A stretch of DNA of 64,000 bases from assembly GCA_963796275.1 (NCBI GenBank), contig CAWCKY010000004.1, positions 1,024,001-1,088,000 on the forward strand. The letters are read 5' to 3'. Below the pieces are notes generated by a model that did not search any database, was not told the DNA's origin, and was given only the letters and a program-made list of their open reading frames with translations. This document shows, piece after piece, positions 39,427 to 50,513 of the stretch; position 1 is the stretch's first letter; each line of letters opens with the position of its first letter. Made by a program: the position numbers and the translations under genes. The stretch comes from an uncultured Acidobacteriota bacterium (lineage in GTDB: Bacteria > Acidobacteriota > Blastocatellia > RBC074).

Positions 39427-41688
39427 TCATTCGCCGCGCACGTCGATAACGCCATCCTTTACATCGACGGTGAACCCTTTGAAGCCCTTCCAGAGATTGG
39501 TCACCGGAAGTTTAATCTTCTCATCGATCGTGCGCTTGAGGAAGCGGGCTCCGTATGCTGGGCTGAACCCTTTTTCGACGATGAGATTGAGAGCTGTATC
39601 AGTAACGATGAACTGTTTTCCCTGTCTCTCCATCTGGCGGCGGATAGTGCTGAGATAGAGTTGAGCGATCTGTTTCACTTCGTCTTGCGTCAAAGGCGAG
39701 AAGATAACGATCTCATCTATGCGGTTGCGGAATTCTGGTGAGAAGCGTGTCTCGGCCGCCTGCATCACGGCGCGCTTTATCTCTTCCAGATCTCCGGTAG
39801 TCTTCTGCCCGAAACCGAGCGGTTTCATGTACTTCTTGAAATTCTCCGACCCCAGATTCGAAGTCATGATGATTATCGCATCGGAGAGATAGACCTTCTT
39901 GCCGCGACCGTCCGTCAGCCAGCCTTCATCGAAGGCTTGCAAGAAAAGGTTGAGCAGATATGACGAAGCCTTCTCGACTTCATCGAGCAGAAGCACGGTA
40001 TAGGGGTTTTCACGCATTCGCTCGGTCAAAATCCCGCCGCGCTCCGATCCGACGATGCCGCGGGGCATGCCGATCAGCTTCTCGATTGCGACCGTCCCGT
40101 CCTGATATTCGCTCATATCGATGCGCACCATCTTCCGCTCGTCACCGAACATGCATTCCGCTACTGCCTTCGCGAGTTCGGTTTTGCCTACTCCGGTGGG
40201 ACCGAGGAAGAGCAGCACGCCGTCCGGCTTATAGAAATTCTCTTTCAATGGTCCTTTATTCAACCGCAGGCGTTGCGCGACGGCGCGGACCGCATCTTTC
40301 TGGCCGATGACCCGCCGGCCGAGTTGTTCTTCGAGCGTCTTGAAGCGCTCACTCGTATCGCGGAAGATCAGGTCGCGCGGAATGCGCGATTCCTGTGAAA
40401 TAACATCTATGATGTGGTCGGGCTGGACCTGCATGATGTTCGGCTCATTGATTTCAACCTTGACCGAAGCCGTGTCGAGCCACCCGATAACCTTGTCGGG
40501 AAGATGCAGGTTGCGAACATACCGCTGTGACATCTCGAGCGCGGTATCGATGGCCGCATCGGTGATCTTGACCGAATAATTCTTCTCGAGGCGCGGGCGA
40601 ATGCCATGCAGTATCTGGCGCGTCTCGCTCAACGACGGTTCGTCCACTTTGACCAGGCGGAAGCGGCGGGCGAGAGCTTCATCCTCTGCGATGTATTCCT
40701 TGTACTCAGTCAGCGTAGTCGCGCCGATAATGCGGATCTCTCCGCGCGCCAGCGCCCCTTTGAACATGTTCGCAGCGTCTGAAGAAGCTCCCAGAGCCGA
40801 TCCGGCGCCGATGATCGTGTGCGCTTCGTCAACGAAGAGAACGATGTCGGGACGCTCCTTGACCTCATTGATAATACCCTGCAGCCTCTCTTCAAACATA
40901 CCACGCAACATCGTTCCCGCGACGATGCCCGCCATCTGCAGCTGAACTATGTGCGCTCCGCGCAGCCGCGCCGGGACATCCTGAGGATCCAGCTCGATCG
41001 CACGCGCGAGCCCCTCGACAACGGCGGTTTTACCTACGCCCGGCTCGCCCACCAGCATGGGAGAGTTGGCGCGTTCACGATGACAGAGGATCTCTATCAT
41101 CTGATGGATCTCCCGCTCGCGACCGATGGTCGGCGGGAGCTTATCGTTACGCGCCAGCTTGTTGAGAGAAACACCGAAATGTTTGAGATAGGCCGGAAGC
41201 TCGTATTTCTTGCGTAAAACTTCCGTCTGCTCTTCCCTCGTCCGGATCGTCAATGAAATTGTCTCGGTGGCCTGAATCGGATCGACGCCGAGGCGGCGCA
41301 GGATATCGGCTGGAAGTCCGGTCGGATCGGAAAAAAGCGTGACGAAGAGATCGAAAGATTCGATCTTCTGGCGGCCGCTCTGCTTGGCACGCTTGAGCGC
41401 GCGAGTGAACAACTCGCGAGTCGTATCCGCAACGGCCATTCCCTTCCCCATATATTTATTGGGCCGGGCTAACTCCTGTTCGAGTAAGCGCGAAACTGCT
41501 CTCGGGTCCAGACCGATTGATTGCATCGATTCGGTAAATAGGACATTCTCAATATCGTACAGGGCGGTAAATATATGTTCGACCGAGAGATAATTATGAT
41601 CCCGGCTCTTAGACACTTCGATAGCCCGGCGGACCACCTGCTGCCCGGTTTCGGAGAATCTATCAGTCATTGGCCCCAAATCGATCAA
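39427..41688 (-). CDS. ATP-dependent Clp protease ATP-binding subunit (ClpA/ClpC-like, no middle domain)
   Basis: Clp N domain, two AAA+ modules ([14 protein letters not shown] and [16 protein letters not shown]), ClpP-docking-type LGF loop (KPLGFG). Confidence 0.92.
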   Translation of the reverse strand: MIDLGPMTDRFSETGQQVVRRAIEVSKSRDHNYLSVEHIFTALYDIENVLFTESMQSIGLDPRAVSRLLEQELARPNKYMGKGMAVADTTRELFTRALKRAKQSGRQKIESFDLFVTLFSDPTGLPADILRRLGVDPIQATETISLTIRTREEQTEVLRKKYELPAYLKHFGVSLNKLARNDKLPPTIGREREIHQMIEILCHRERANSPMLVGEPGVGKTAVVEGLARAIELDPQDVPARLRGAHIVQLQMAGIVAGTMLRGMFEERLQGIINEVKERPDIVLFVDEAHTIIGAGSALGASSDAANMFKGALARGEIRIIGATTLTEYKEYIAEDEALARRFRLVKVDEPSLSETRQILHGIRPRLEKNYSVKITDAAIDTALEMSQRYVRNLHLPDKVIGWLDTASVKVEINEPNIMQVQPDHIIDVISQESRIPRDLIFRDTSERFKTLEEQLGRRVIGQKDAVRAVAQRLRLNKGPLKENFYKPDGVLLFLGPTGVGKTELAKAVAECMFGDERKMVRIDMSEYQDGTVAIEKLIGMPRGIVGSERGGILTERMRENPYTVLLLDEVEKASSYLLNLFLQAFDEGWLTDGRGKKVYLSDAIIIMTSNLGSENFKKYMKPLGFGQKTTGDLEEIKRAVMQAAETRFSPEFRNRIDEIVIFSPLTQDEVKQIAQLYLSTIRRQMERQGKQFIVTDTALNLIVEKGFSPAYGARFLKRTIDEKIKLPVTNLWKGFKGFTVDVKDGVIDVRGE

Positions 41689-41941
41689 GACGTCTTACCC
41701 CGTTGTGAAATTATTTCCCAGGTATTCATCAGTCCGTTATCGGCCACCCATTATCGATATCTGTCAAGTGAAGAAGAACCGATAAAGTTTCGTGGGAGTA
41801 TGTCTAAGCTAACAGCGCCATACTTAACTGTCAAGCAGGGAGTATTTTTACATACACCCCTTTGTCTGCTTCCGCTTTGCCTGCCTGTTTATAGACGAAA
41901 TTTAAGAAGTAACAGCTAAGCAATTAAAGGATCGATAGAAA

Positions 41942-43561
<1,620 letters not shown>

Positions 43562-43653
43562 TTACAAACAAATTAACCCACGAAGAAAGATGAAAATTTT
43601 CTCCGTCGTTTCTTCGCGATTGATAAATTCACCATTCCCGGACGGTGAACGTC

Positions 43654-44358
43654 CTAGTCGCCCGCTCGTCCCACACGCACCCGTGCTGGGCGCAAGAGGC
43701 GGTCTCCGAACTTATAGCCGGTTTGGAACTCTTCGATCACGTGATTGTCCTCTTCGGCTTTAACGGGGACTATCTCCACCGCTTCATGAATTTCAGGATT
43801 GAATTGCTCACCGACGCTGGTGATAGGTTTGAGCCCCAGCCCCTGCATCTTCGCTTCGAACATGTTGGATGTCGCGCGAACCCCTTCAAGCAATGCCTCC
43901 CAATCGTTCTCGCGCCTCTCGCTTATCTCGGCGGCGGCTATCGCTCGCTTGAGATTGTCGAGTGCATCGAGTAAGCCTGCGATGGTGTCTCCGCGCGCCG
44001 CTTCGAGCTTCTGATCGAAGAGGCGCTGCATTCGAGCGCGCTGCTCCTCAGTCTCGGCTTTCAGCTGCGCCTGAGCATGGCGGAACCGTTCGGAAATATC
44101 GCGCACTTGCCGCTCTGCTTCGGCCCGCTTCTCATCCGACGCTTTCAGCTTCGCCTGAAGCTGTTCGATTTCAGATATCACCGCATCCGTTTTCTCTGTA
44201 TCGAATGGAGTTCCTTCATCATTGATATGAGCTCGCCGCTTATCACCAACGAACACATCGTCTTCGTTCGTCTCATCTTCAATATCGTCCAGCAGCACAT
44301 GCTCCTGCTCCTCCAACGGATGTTTATTAGCTTCCTGATTTTCAGGTTTTGACCTCAT
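43654..44358 (-). CDS. grpE: Nucleotide exchange factor GrpE
   Basis: Long N-terminal helix, LL..LDNL.RA, GEQFNPEIHEAV, QTGYKFGDRLLRPARVRV. Confidence 0.93.
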   Translation of the reverse strand: MRSKPENQEANKHPLEEQEHVLLDDIEDETNEDDVFVGDKRRAHINDEGTPFDTEKTDAVISEIEQLQAKLKASDEKRAEAERQVRDISERFRHAQAQLKAETEEQRARMQRLFDQKLEAARGDTIAGLLDALDNLKRAIAAAEISERRENDWEALLEGVRATSNMFEAKMQGLGLKPITSVGEQFNPEIHEAVEIVPVKAEEDNHVIEEFQTGYKFGDRLLRPARVRVGRAGD

Positions 44359-44565
44359 AACTACCCAACCACCTCTCAATATTGCATTTCGGATCGATTA
44401 GTAAGAAAGATATTCAAAATATCATCGCACCAGAACGAATGCAATGATTGCCGGTTCACAACATTCACTACATAAAAGGTAAACAGAAAAAAACACGCAG
44501 ACGGGAAATATAAGTTCTTTTTTGCTTTTACTGTGACTATTTGGTCAATCTTCCGCTATTCGTCA

Positions 44566-47172
44566 TTAATGCGTCACCGCGGACTTTTGCGCCTTCGTGA
44601 AGACCATCTGGCCGCGCCCCTGATCGCCTCGCACGTCGATCGTATCGTTTGGCTTGATCTCCCCCGAAAGGAGTTTCATCGCAAGCGGATTCTGAATCAA
44701 ACTCTGAATCGCGCGTTTGAGCGGGCGCGCGCCGTATACGGGATCGAAGCCCTCCTGTGCCAGGAGCTCTTCGGCCGATGGATCGAGCACGAGGTTTATC
44801 TTGCGGTCTTCCAGCGTCCGCCTCAAAGTCTCAAGCTGGATCTTGATGATCTGCTTGAGCTGCTCCATCCCCAGCCGTTTGAAGATGATCACATCATCGA
44901 TGCGGTTGAGGAATTCGGGCTTGAACGAGGTGCGCAATTGTTCCATGACGCGGGAGCGCAGGACTTTCTCATCATCATCCCAATTCTGAATCTCACGCGA
45001 GCCGACGTTGGATGTCATGATGATAACCGTATTCTTGAAATCGACCGTGCGCCCTTTTCCATCGGTCAAACGCCCGTCATCCAAAATCTGAAGCAGTATG
45101 TTGAAAACATCCGGATGCGCCTTCTCTATCTCATCAAATAGCACGACGGCATAAGGCCGGCGGCGGACCGCCTCGGTCAGATAGCCGCCCTCTTCGTAAC
45201 CGATGTATCCGGGAGGCGCGCCGATCAAACGCGCGACCGAATGTTTCTCCATATATTCCGACATATCGAGCCGCACCATCGCGTGCTCGTCATCGAAGAG
45301 AAATTCGGCGAGCGCGCGGGCCGTCTCGGTCTTGCCGACACCGGTCGGCCCTAAAAAGATAAAAGAACCGATGGGCCGCTTGGGGTCCTGCAGCCCCGCG
45401 CGCGCGCGGCGAACAGCATTGGCGACGGCGATCAGGGCGTCGTTCTGTCCGACGACTCGCATGCCCAGCCCCTCTTCCATCCTGACGAGTTTCTCCATCT
45501 CACCCTCGAGCATCTTCGTGACCGGAATTCCCGTCCACTTCGCAACAACCTCGGCCACATCCTCTTCGGTGACCTCTTCTTTCAATGTCCTCCCAGCCTT
45601 TTGCAGTTCCCCGAGCCTCTCCTGATCGGCATCGAGTTGTTTCTGCAGCTCGGCCAATTTCCCGTAGCGGATCTCGGCGACCTTGCCGTAATCGCCCGCG
45701 CGCTCGAACTGTTCAGCCTGGAACTTGAGTTGCTCCGCCTGCTCTTTGATTGAGCGAATGGCTTCTATCACTTCTTTCTCCGATTGCCACTTCGCCTTCA
45801 TCGCTCCCGACTTCTCTCGCAGGTCGGCTATCTCTTTCTCGACTTTGGCCATGCGATCTCGAGAGACAGGATCGTCCTCGCGCATGAGAGCCTGACGCTC
45901 GATCTCGCGCTGGATTATCTCGCGCTCGACCACGTCGATCTCGGTGGGCAGACTGTCGATCTCTATGCGTAATCGCGAAGCGGCCTCGTCGATCAGGTCG
46001 ATCGCCTTATCGGGCAGGAAGCGGTCCGTAATGTATCGGTTCGAGAGCGTCGACGCCGCGACGATCGCCGCGTCTTTGATCCGCACGCCGTGGTGAGTCT
46101 CATACCTGTCCTTCAGGCCGCGCAGTATCGCAATCGTGTCTTCGACATTGGGCTCGCCGACATAGACCTGCTGGAACCGCCGCTCGAGGGCTTTGTCTTT
46201 CTCGATATATTTCTGGTATTCGTTCAGCGTAGTGGCGCCGACGCAACGCAGCTCTCCGCGGGCCAGGGCAGGTTTCAACATATTCGAGGCATCGACCGCG
46301 CCCTCCGCGTTGCCCGCGCCGACCAGCGTATGCAATTCGTCTATGAAGCAGACGATCTGCCCGTTCGATTTCTCGATCTCGCGGAGAAAAGCCTTGAGAC
46401 GTTCCTCAAATTCTCCACGATATTTGGCGCCGGCGAGCATCGCGCCGAGATCGAGCCCGACCAGCCGCTTGTGTTTCAAAGTCTCGGGGACATCGCCGGA
46501 AACGATGCGTTGCGCCAGCCCCTCCACTATCGCGGTCTTTCCCACACCCGGTTCTCCGATAAGGACCGGGTTGTTCTTCGTTCGGCGTGAAAGGACCTGA
46601 ATAGTGCGGCGTATCTCATCGTCGCGGCCGATGACCGGATCGAGTTTGCCCTGGCGAGCAAGCTCGGTCAGGTCGCGCGAATATTTGGACAGCGCCTGAT
46701 AGCTCTCTTCCGCATTCTGACTGGTGATCCGGGCGCCGGCGCGCATCGCCTCGATGGTTTTCATGAGAGCGTCGCGGTTGACGCCGTGCGAACGCAGGAT
46801 CCGGCCAGCCTCGCCGCTCTTCTCTTCGACGATCGCAAGCAGCAGATGCTCGCTCGAGATATATTCGTCCTTCAGTTTGTCTGCTTCTTTTTGTGCTTTG
46901 TTGAAGAGATCGGTGAGGCGCGGGCTGTAGTATCGCTGGCTGACGCCGCTGACCTGCGGAAATTTCTTGATCGCGGCCTGAACCTCAGTCAAAACCGTTT
47001 GCATATTGGCGCCGATCTTGCCGAGGATAGGGCGCGTTACTCCTTCGGTCTGCTCGAGGAGGGCGGCTAGCAAGTGCTCTGGCTCGACGTTCTGATGCTG
47101 CTGCGTTTCAGCCAGCGCAACCGCCGACTCGATCGCTTCCTGGGCTCTCAAAGTGAACTTGTCCAGTCTCAT
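44566..47172 (-). CDS. clpB: ATP-dependent disaggregase ClpB
   Basis: [37 protein letters not shown], long M-domain coiled coil, [18 protein letters not shown]. Confidence 0.98.
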   Translation of the reverse strand: MRLDKFTLRAQEAIESAVALAETQQHQNVEPEHLLAALLEQTEGVTRPILGKIGANMQTVLTEVQAAIKKFPQVSGVSQRYYSPRLTDLFNKAQKEADKLKDEYISSEHLLLAIVEEKSGEAGRILRSHGVNRDALMKTIEAMRAGARITSQNAEESYQALSKYSRDLTELARQGKLDPVIGRDDEIRRTIQVLSRRTKNNPVLIGEPGVGKTAIVEGLAQRIVSGDVPETLKHKRLVGLDLGAMLAGAKYRGEFEERLKAFLREIEKSNGQIVCFIDELHTLVGAGNAEGAVDASNMLKPALARGELRCVGATTLNEYQKYIEKDKALERRFQQVYVGEPNVEDTIAILRGLKDRYETHHGVRIKDAAIVAASTLSNRYITDRFLPDKAIDLIDEAASRLRIEIDSLPTEIDVVEREIIQREIERQALMREDDPVSRDRMAKVEKEIADLREKSGAMKAKWQSEKEVIEAIRSIKEQAEQLKFQAEQFERAGDYGKVAEIRYGKLAELQKQLDADQERLGELQKAGRTLKEEVTEEDVAEVVAKWTGIPVTKMLEGEMEKLVRMEEGLGMRVVGQNDALIAVANAVRRARAGLQDPKRPIGSFIFLGPTGVGKTETARALAEFLFDDEHAMVRLDMSEYMEKHSVARLIGAPPGYIGYEEGGYLTEAVRRRPYAVVLFDEIEKAHPDVFNILLQILDDGRLTDGKGRTVDFKNTVIIMTSNVGSREIQNWDDDEKVLRSRVMEQLRTSFKPEFLNRIDDVIIFKRLGMEQLKQIIKIQLETLRRTLEDRKINLVLDPSAEELLAQEGFDPVYGARPLKRAIQSLIQNPLAMKLLSGEIKPNDTIDVRGDQGRGQMVFTKAQKSAVTH

Positions 47173-47444
47173 AGCGCTCCCCTTCCTTGATTCCCTCCGG
47201 AGCGCGTCCATACTCCGGCTGCCTCAGTTATTGACGTGGACGCTCGTACATCGCTCGCGAAACTTTGCGAAGGTCTCACGCATTTCGCCTGAGCTACATG
47301 AAACCGCTGAGGCAACCGCGAATAAATGAAATAACGAAGAAAGAAATCTTCGCCTGCTTCGTTTCTTCGCGGTTACCGTTCATCGCTTAATAGAAATCTG
47401 TAATGAATAAACGACTCCCCCCCTATTTTGGAGGAAATTATCAA

Positions 47445-47927
47445 TTATTTAGACTCGGCCGCCTTCGCCTTACCCGCATCGTTTACCGTAACGTGGATAT
47501 GCCGAGCCTTGACCTCTTCCCGCTTCGGCAGAGTCACCCGCAAAACTCCATCCTTGAACTCGGCGTTGACCTCTTCCACATTGACGGTTGAAGGCAACGT
47601 GAAGTTGCGTGTGAATGAACCGTAGCTGCGCTCGACGCGATGAAAATTCTCACCCTTCTCGTCCTTCTCGAACTTACGCTCGCCGCTTAAGGTGAGTTTA
47701 TAATTCTCAATCGATAGCTTGAAATCCTCCGGTTTTATCCCCGGCAAATCTGCTTCGAGAACAATCGAGTTTTGATCCTCATATATATCAACGCTCGGAG
47801 CCCATGTTCCGCTCAACACCTCCTCGCCATTAAATAACCGCGGCCAGTTCGTGCTAAATAAACGACTGAAATCTTCCTGCAAACCACGTAACTCGCTGAA
47901 TGGATCGCGCCTTACTAACCTTGACAT
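47445..47927 (-). CDS. Small heat shock protein Hsp20/alpha-crystallin family
   Basis: WAPSVDIYE, ADLPG, LTLSGER, RVERSYGSFTRNFTLP, AEFKDGVLRVTLPK. Confidence 0.96.
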   Translation of the reverse strand: MSRLVRRDPFSELRGLQEDFSRLFSTNWPRLFNGEEVLSGTWAPSVDIYEDQNSIVLEADLPGIKPEDFKLSIENYKLTLSGERKFEKDEKGENFHRVERSYGSFTRNFTLPSTVNVEEVNAEFKDGVLRVTLPKREEVKARHIHVTVNDAGKAKAAESK

Positions 47928-47974
47928 TATGTTTCCTCCTAATCTTCTGATTATTTAAACCAGCTCTTATTGCT

Positions 47975-48027
47975 TACTCAACATTGAGCACTTACTCAAT
48001 ATAAAAGTTGAGTGTCATCCTGTCAAG
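47975..48027 (-). promoter_or_regulatory. sigma70 promoter of hsp20 with HAIR-like (HspR) operator half-sites
   Basis: Minus strand TTGACA-17-TATATT (48026-47998). Plus strand GTTGAGT-N7-TGTCAAG (48007-48027) resembles CTTGAGT-N7-ACTCAAG. Further ACTCAA/TTGAG half-sites at 47976-47999. Confidence 0.6.
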
Positions 48028-48195
48028 AAGGTTGTAGAAAAATATTCAGATATTAGCCAAGACAGGGCATCGCATGTAACAATAAGCATTTACAAGACTT
48101 AGATGAAATCGGCTAAAAAGGTGGAGAAAGGAGCGAGGGGTTGGATGGGTATGACCGGGCTATGGTTTCTTTCCTATAGCCCGGTCTGACGTTCG

Positions 48196-50385
48196 TTATC
48201 TGGGTTTAATAGTCGCCTGAGCGTTTCCGATATTCGCGCTGGAGTCAAACACTCGGAAGGCCAGGAGATGCGGCCTGGCATCGGAGACTCGCATTGTGAC
48301 ACGGAATTCCTCACGCCTGGAATCGGCGATTCCGTCGACCGGAAATATAGATTTCCAATCACCGCCGTCAATCTGATATTCAGCGCGACGGATAATTGAA
48401 GTCGTGTCGGCCGCGCGGAAAATGACCTCGACCTGGTTCGATGTAATCTTGGGGGCATCCGCCGTGACGCTCGGTGGCGTATTGTCGATCTCCACCGGCT
48501 CCGTCTCACGCTCGCCTGTGAGCGCCAGGTCCGCCGGGTTCGATATGGCATCTGTCGCTAGCACTTTAAAGACGTAGCGCCCATCGGGCAGCGCATTGGG
48601 TTCGACCGTGTAATAGGTCTCCCTCAATCCCGTCTTCAACGGATAAAATTCTCCATCCGCCGCATTCCTGTAAAAGACTGAATACTCGATGGCGTCTCCA
48701 TTGCGGTCTTCGCCCTGCCAATCCAGAGAAACCGCGCCGCGTTGAAACCCGCGACGAGGCGGTATTTGCATGGTATTGCTGGCGGCACCGGTATCGGATG
48801 ACGGCAGATCCGAGTCGTTTTGAGACTGCCCCATCAACGCCGGCTGAAGCGTCACTCCGATGGGAAGCACGTTAAGCGCGGTGATCTTGGGCGCCAGATT
48901 GCGCGGCAGATATGAGACAGTCACCTCTCTCAGTCGCGGCGAAGAACCGGGCGCTCCGCGCTTCAGTGTAGCGCGCCATTGAAGATACCGGGCAGGCGGG
49001 CTTTTGATACCATTACCTTCGGACAGAGATACTGACGATGACCAATCGCTCCAGGTCGAGTCGGGATTGGTGGTATTCCCGCTGCGAGTCTGTAATTCGA
49101 TCGCCCCTTCTCCAACCCACGAAATACGGCCCCAGTTGGCGGTCGAATTAGCGTCGCGCACCGAAGAAGTATATGTCCCGTTGACGCCGCTCTCACTGCT
49201 CAAGCGGAAGAGCTTCCCCAGATTCGATGCGGCCGCGTAAACCTGACTCCCCACCCTGACAAAACGCGCCGTCTGCGCCTCTGAAGACTGCGTCAGTAGC
49301 AGAGGATTTTGCGAAGGTTTTATGCTGTAGATCCGGCCTTTCTGACCGGTACCGACCAACACTTCTCCGCTATTGTCCACGGTTATCGCGAATGCTATCG
49401 TTTCGCGCGAATCCCAGATTGCATCGCCCGCGCCGCCCGCATCGATCTTGTAAAGGGCGCTTTTCGGCTGATTGCCGCTGGCCGCCGTCGTTGAAGAAAT
49501 GGCGCCGCTCGATGATCCATCAACCACCTGAATGTCGCTGATCGTTATTGTTATCCCTTCATCGGCGCTGATCGTATTCGATGCCGAAGGTGTCGGCGTC
49601 TTGGAGCTAGAGTTCACCGCCCCGCCTTCGGCAGATTCCGCCAGCGTCAGCGCATAAATCTCCCCATCTTTCCCAACCGCCAGGTCGCGCACTTCTTTCA
49701 GCGAAGAATCGAAGAGCGTGAACGCTCGACCATCCGGCGAAATTCGCAGAATCAAGCCTCCGGGGTCAGTGCCCGCGATAACATTGCCGATCGAATCGAC
49801 CCGCAAAGCGGTTATATTGGTCTGCGTGGTCTTCACCAGTGCGTTCCCGCTGCCATCTGGATTGACTCGATAGATCGTGCCTTTATCTCCGGTGCCCACC
49901 AGCAGGCGCCCCCGCTGATCGAATGCCAGCGACCAGATGTATTTGGTCTTCGGTTCGAAAAAGACTTTCGTCTCCCCGCCGGGCGCTATTCGGTAGACTT
50001 TGCCGTCGGGCGACGTCCCGGCGTATAGATTGCCCTGATCGTCGACTGCCAACGCCATTACCGAAAGTTCCGTTGTCTTATAGAGAAGCGTCCCCCTGCC
50101 TTCAGGATCTACCTTGTAGATGCGGCCTTCGTTTCCGGTTCCCAAATAAATGTTGCCCGCATTGTCGGCGGCGGTCGACCAGATGTAAGCCTGTTTGGTA
50201 TCGAAGACCTCGAGGAGCGACGGCGCCAGGGTAATCGTTCCGTTATCGGCGATCGATACGCCGCGCGCATCGCCTTTCTCAATCTCGGCGCGCGTATTGA
50301 CTCGCCAGAAAATGGGCCCGCTCGCAGTCGCCGAGATTATTCCAAATGTAATGATGAAAAGTGAAAGAAGGAAAATACTACGCAT
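48196..50385 (-). CDS. Exported beta-propeller repeat protein with C-terminal FN3/Ig-like domains
   Basis: Signal peptide MRSIFLL..., repeats of D..GNLYAGT..GK(I/V)YR(I/V).PDG, C-terminal LPDGRYVFKV.A.D and IDNTPP.V. Confidence 0.8.
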   Translation of the reverse strand: MRSIFLLSLFIITFGIISATASGPIFWRVNTRAEIEKGDARGVSIADNGTITLAPSLLEVFDTKQAYIWSTAADNAGNIYLGTGNEGRIYKVDPEGRGTLLYKTTELSVMALAVDDQGNLYAGTSPDGKVYRIAPGGETKVFFEPKTKYIWSLAFDQRGRLLVGTGDKGTIYRVNPDGSGNALVKTTQTNITALRVDSIGNVIAGTDPGGLILRISPDGRAFTLFDSSLKEVRDLAVGKDGEIYALTLAESAEGGAVNSSSKTPTPSASNTISADEGITITISDIQVVDGSSSGAISSTTAASGNQPKSALYKIDAGGAGDAIWDSRETIAFAITVDNSGEVLVGTGQKGRIYSIKPSQNPLLLTQSSEAQTARFVRVGSQVYAAASNLGKLFRLSSESGVNGTYTSSVRDANSTANWGRISWVGEGAIELQTRSGNTTNPDSTWSDWSSSVSLSEGNGIKSPPARYLQWRATLKRGAPGSSPRLREVTVSYLPRNLAPKITALNVLPIGVTLQPALMGQSQNDSDLPSSDTGAASNTMQIPPRRGFQRGAVSLDWQGEDRNGDAIEYSVFYRNAADGEFYPLKTGLRETYYTVEPNALPDGRYVFKVLATDAISNPADLALTGERETEPVEIDNTPPSVTADAPKITSNQVEVIFRAADTTSIIRRAEYQIDGGDWKSIFPVDGIADSRREEFRVTMRVSDARPHLLAFRVFDSSANIGNAQATIKPR

Positions 50386-50409
50386 GGTGATTAACAAGAG
50401 AGAAAAGAA

Positions 50410-50504
50410 TTGATAGTTGATAGTTGAGAGTTGATAGTTCGTATCGATTGATGCCACAGTCTCTACAAACTATCAACTTTCAACTATCAATTATCAACTA
50501 TCAT
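50410..50504. repeat. Inverted heptamer arrays, 4 x TTGATAG and 5 x CTATCAA
   Basis: Read directly at 50410-50437 and 50470-50504. Confidence 0.85.
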
Positions 50505-50513
50505 TGATTAGTC

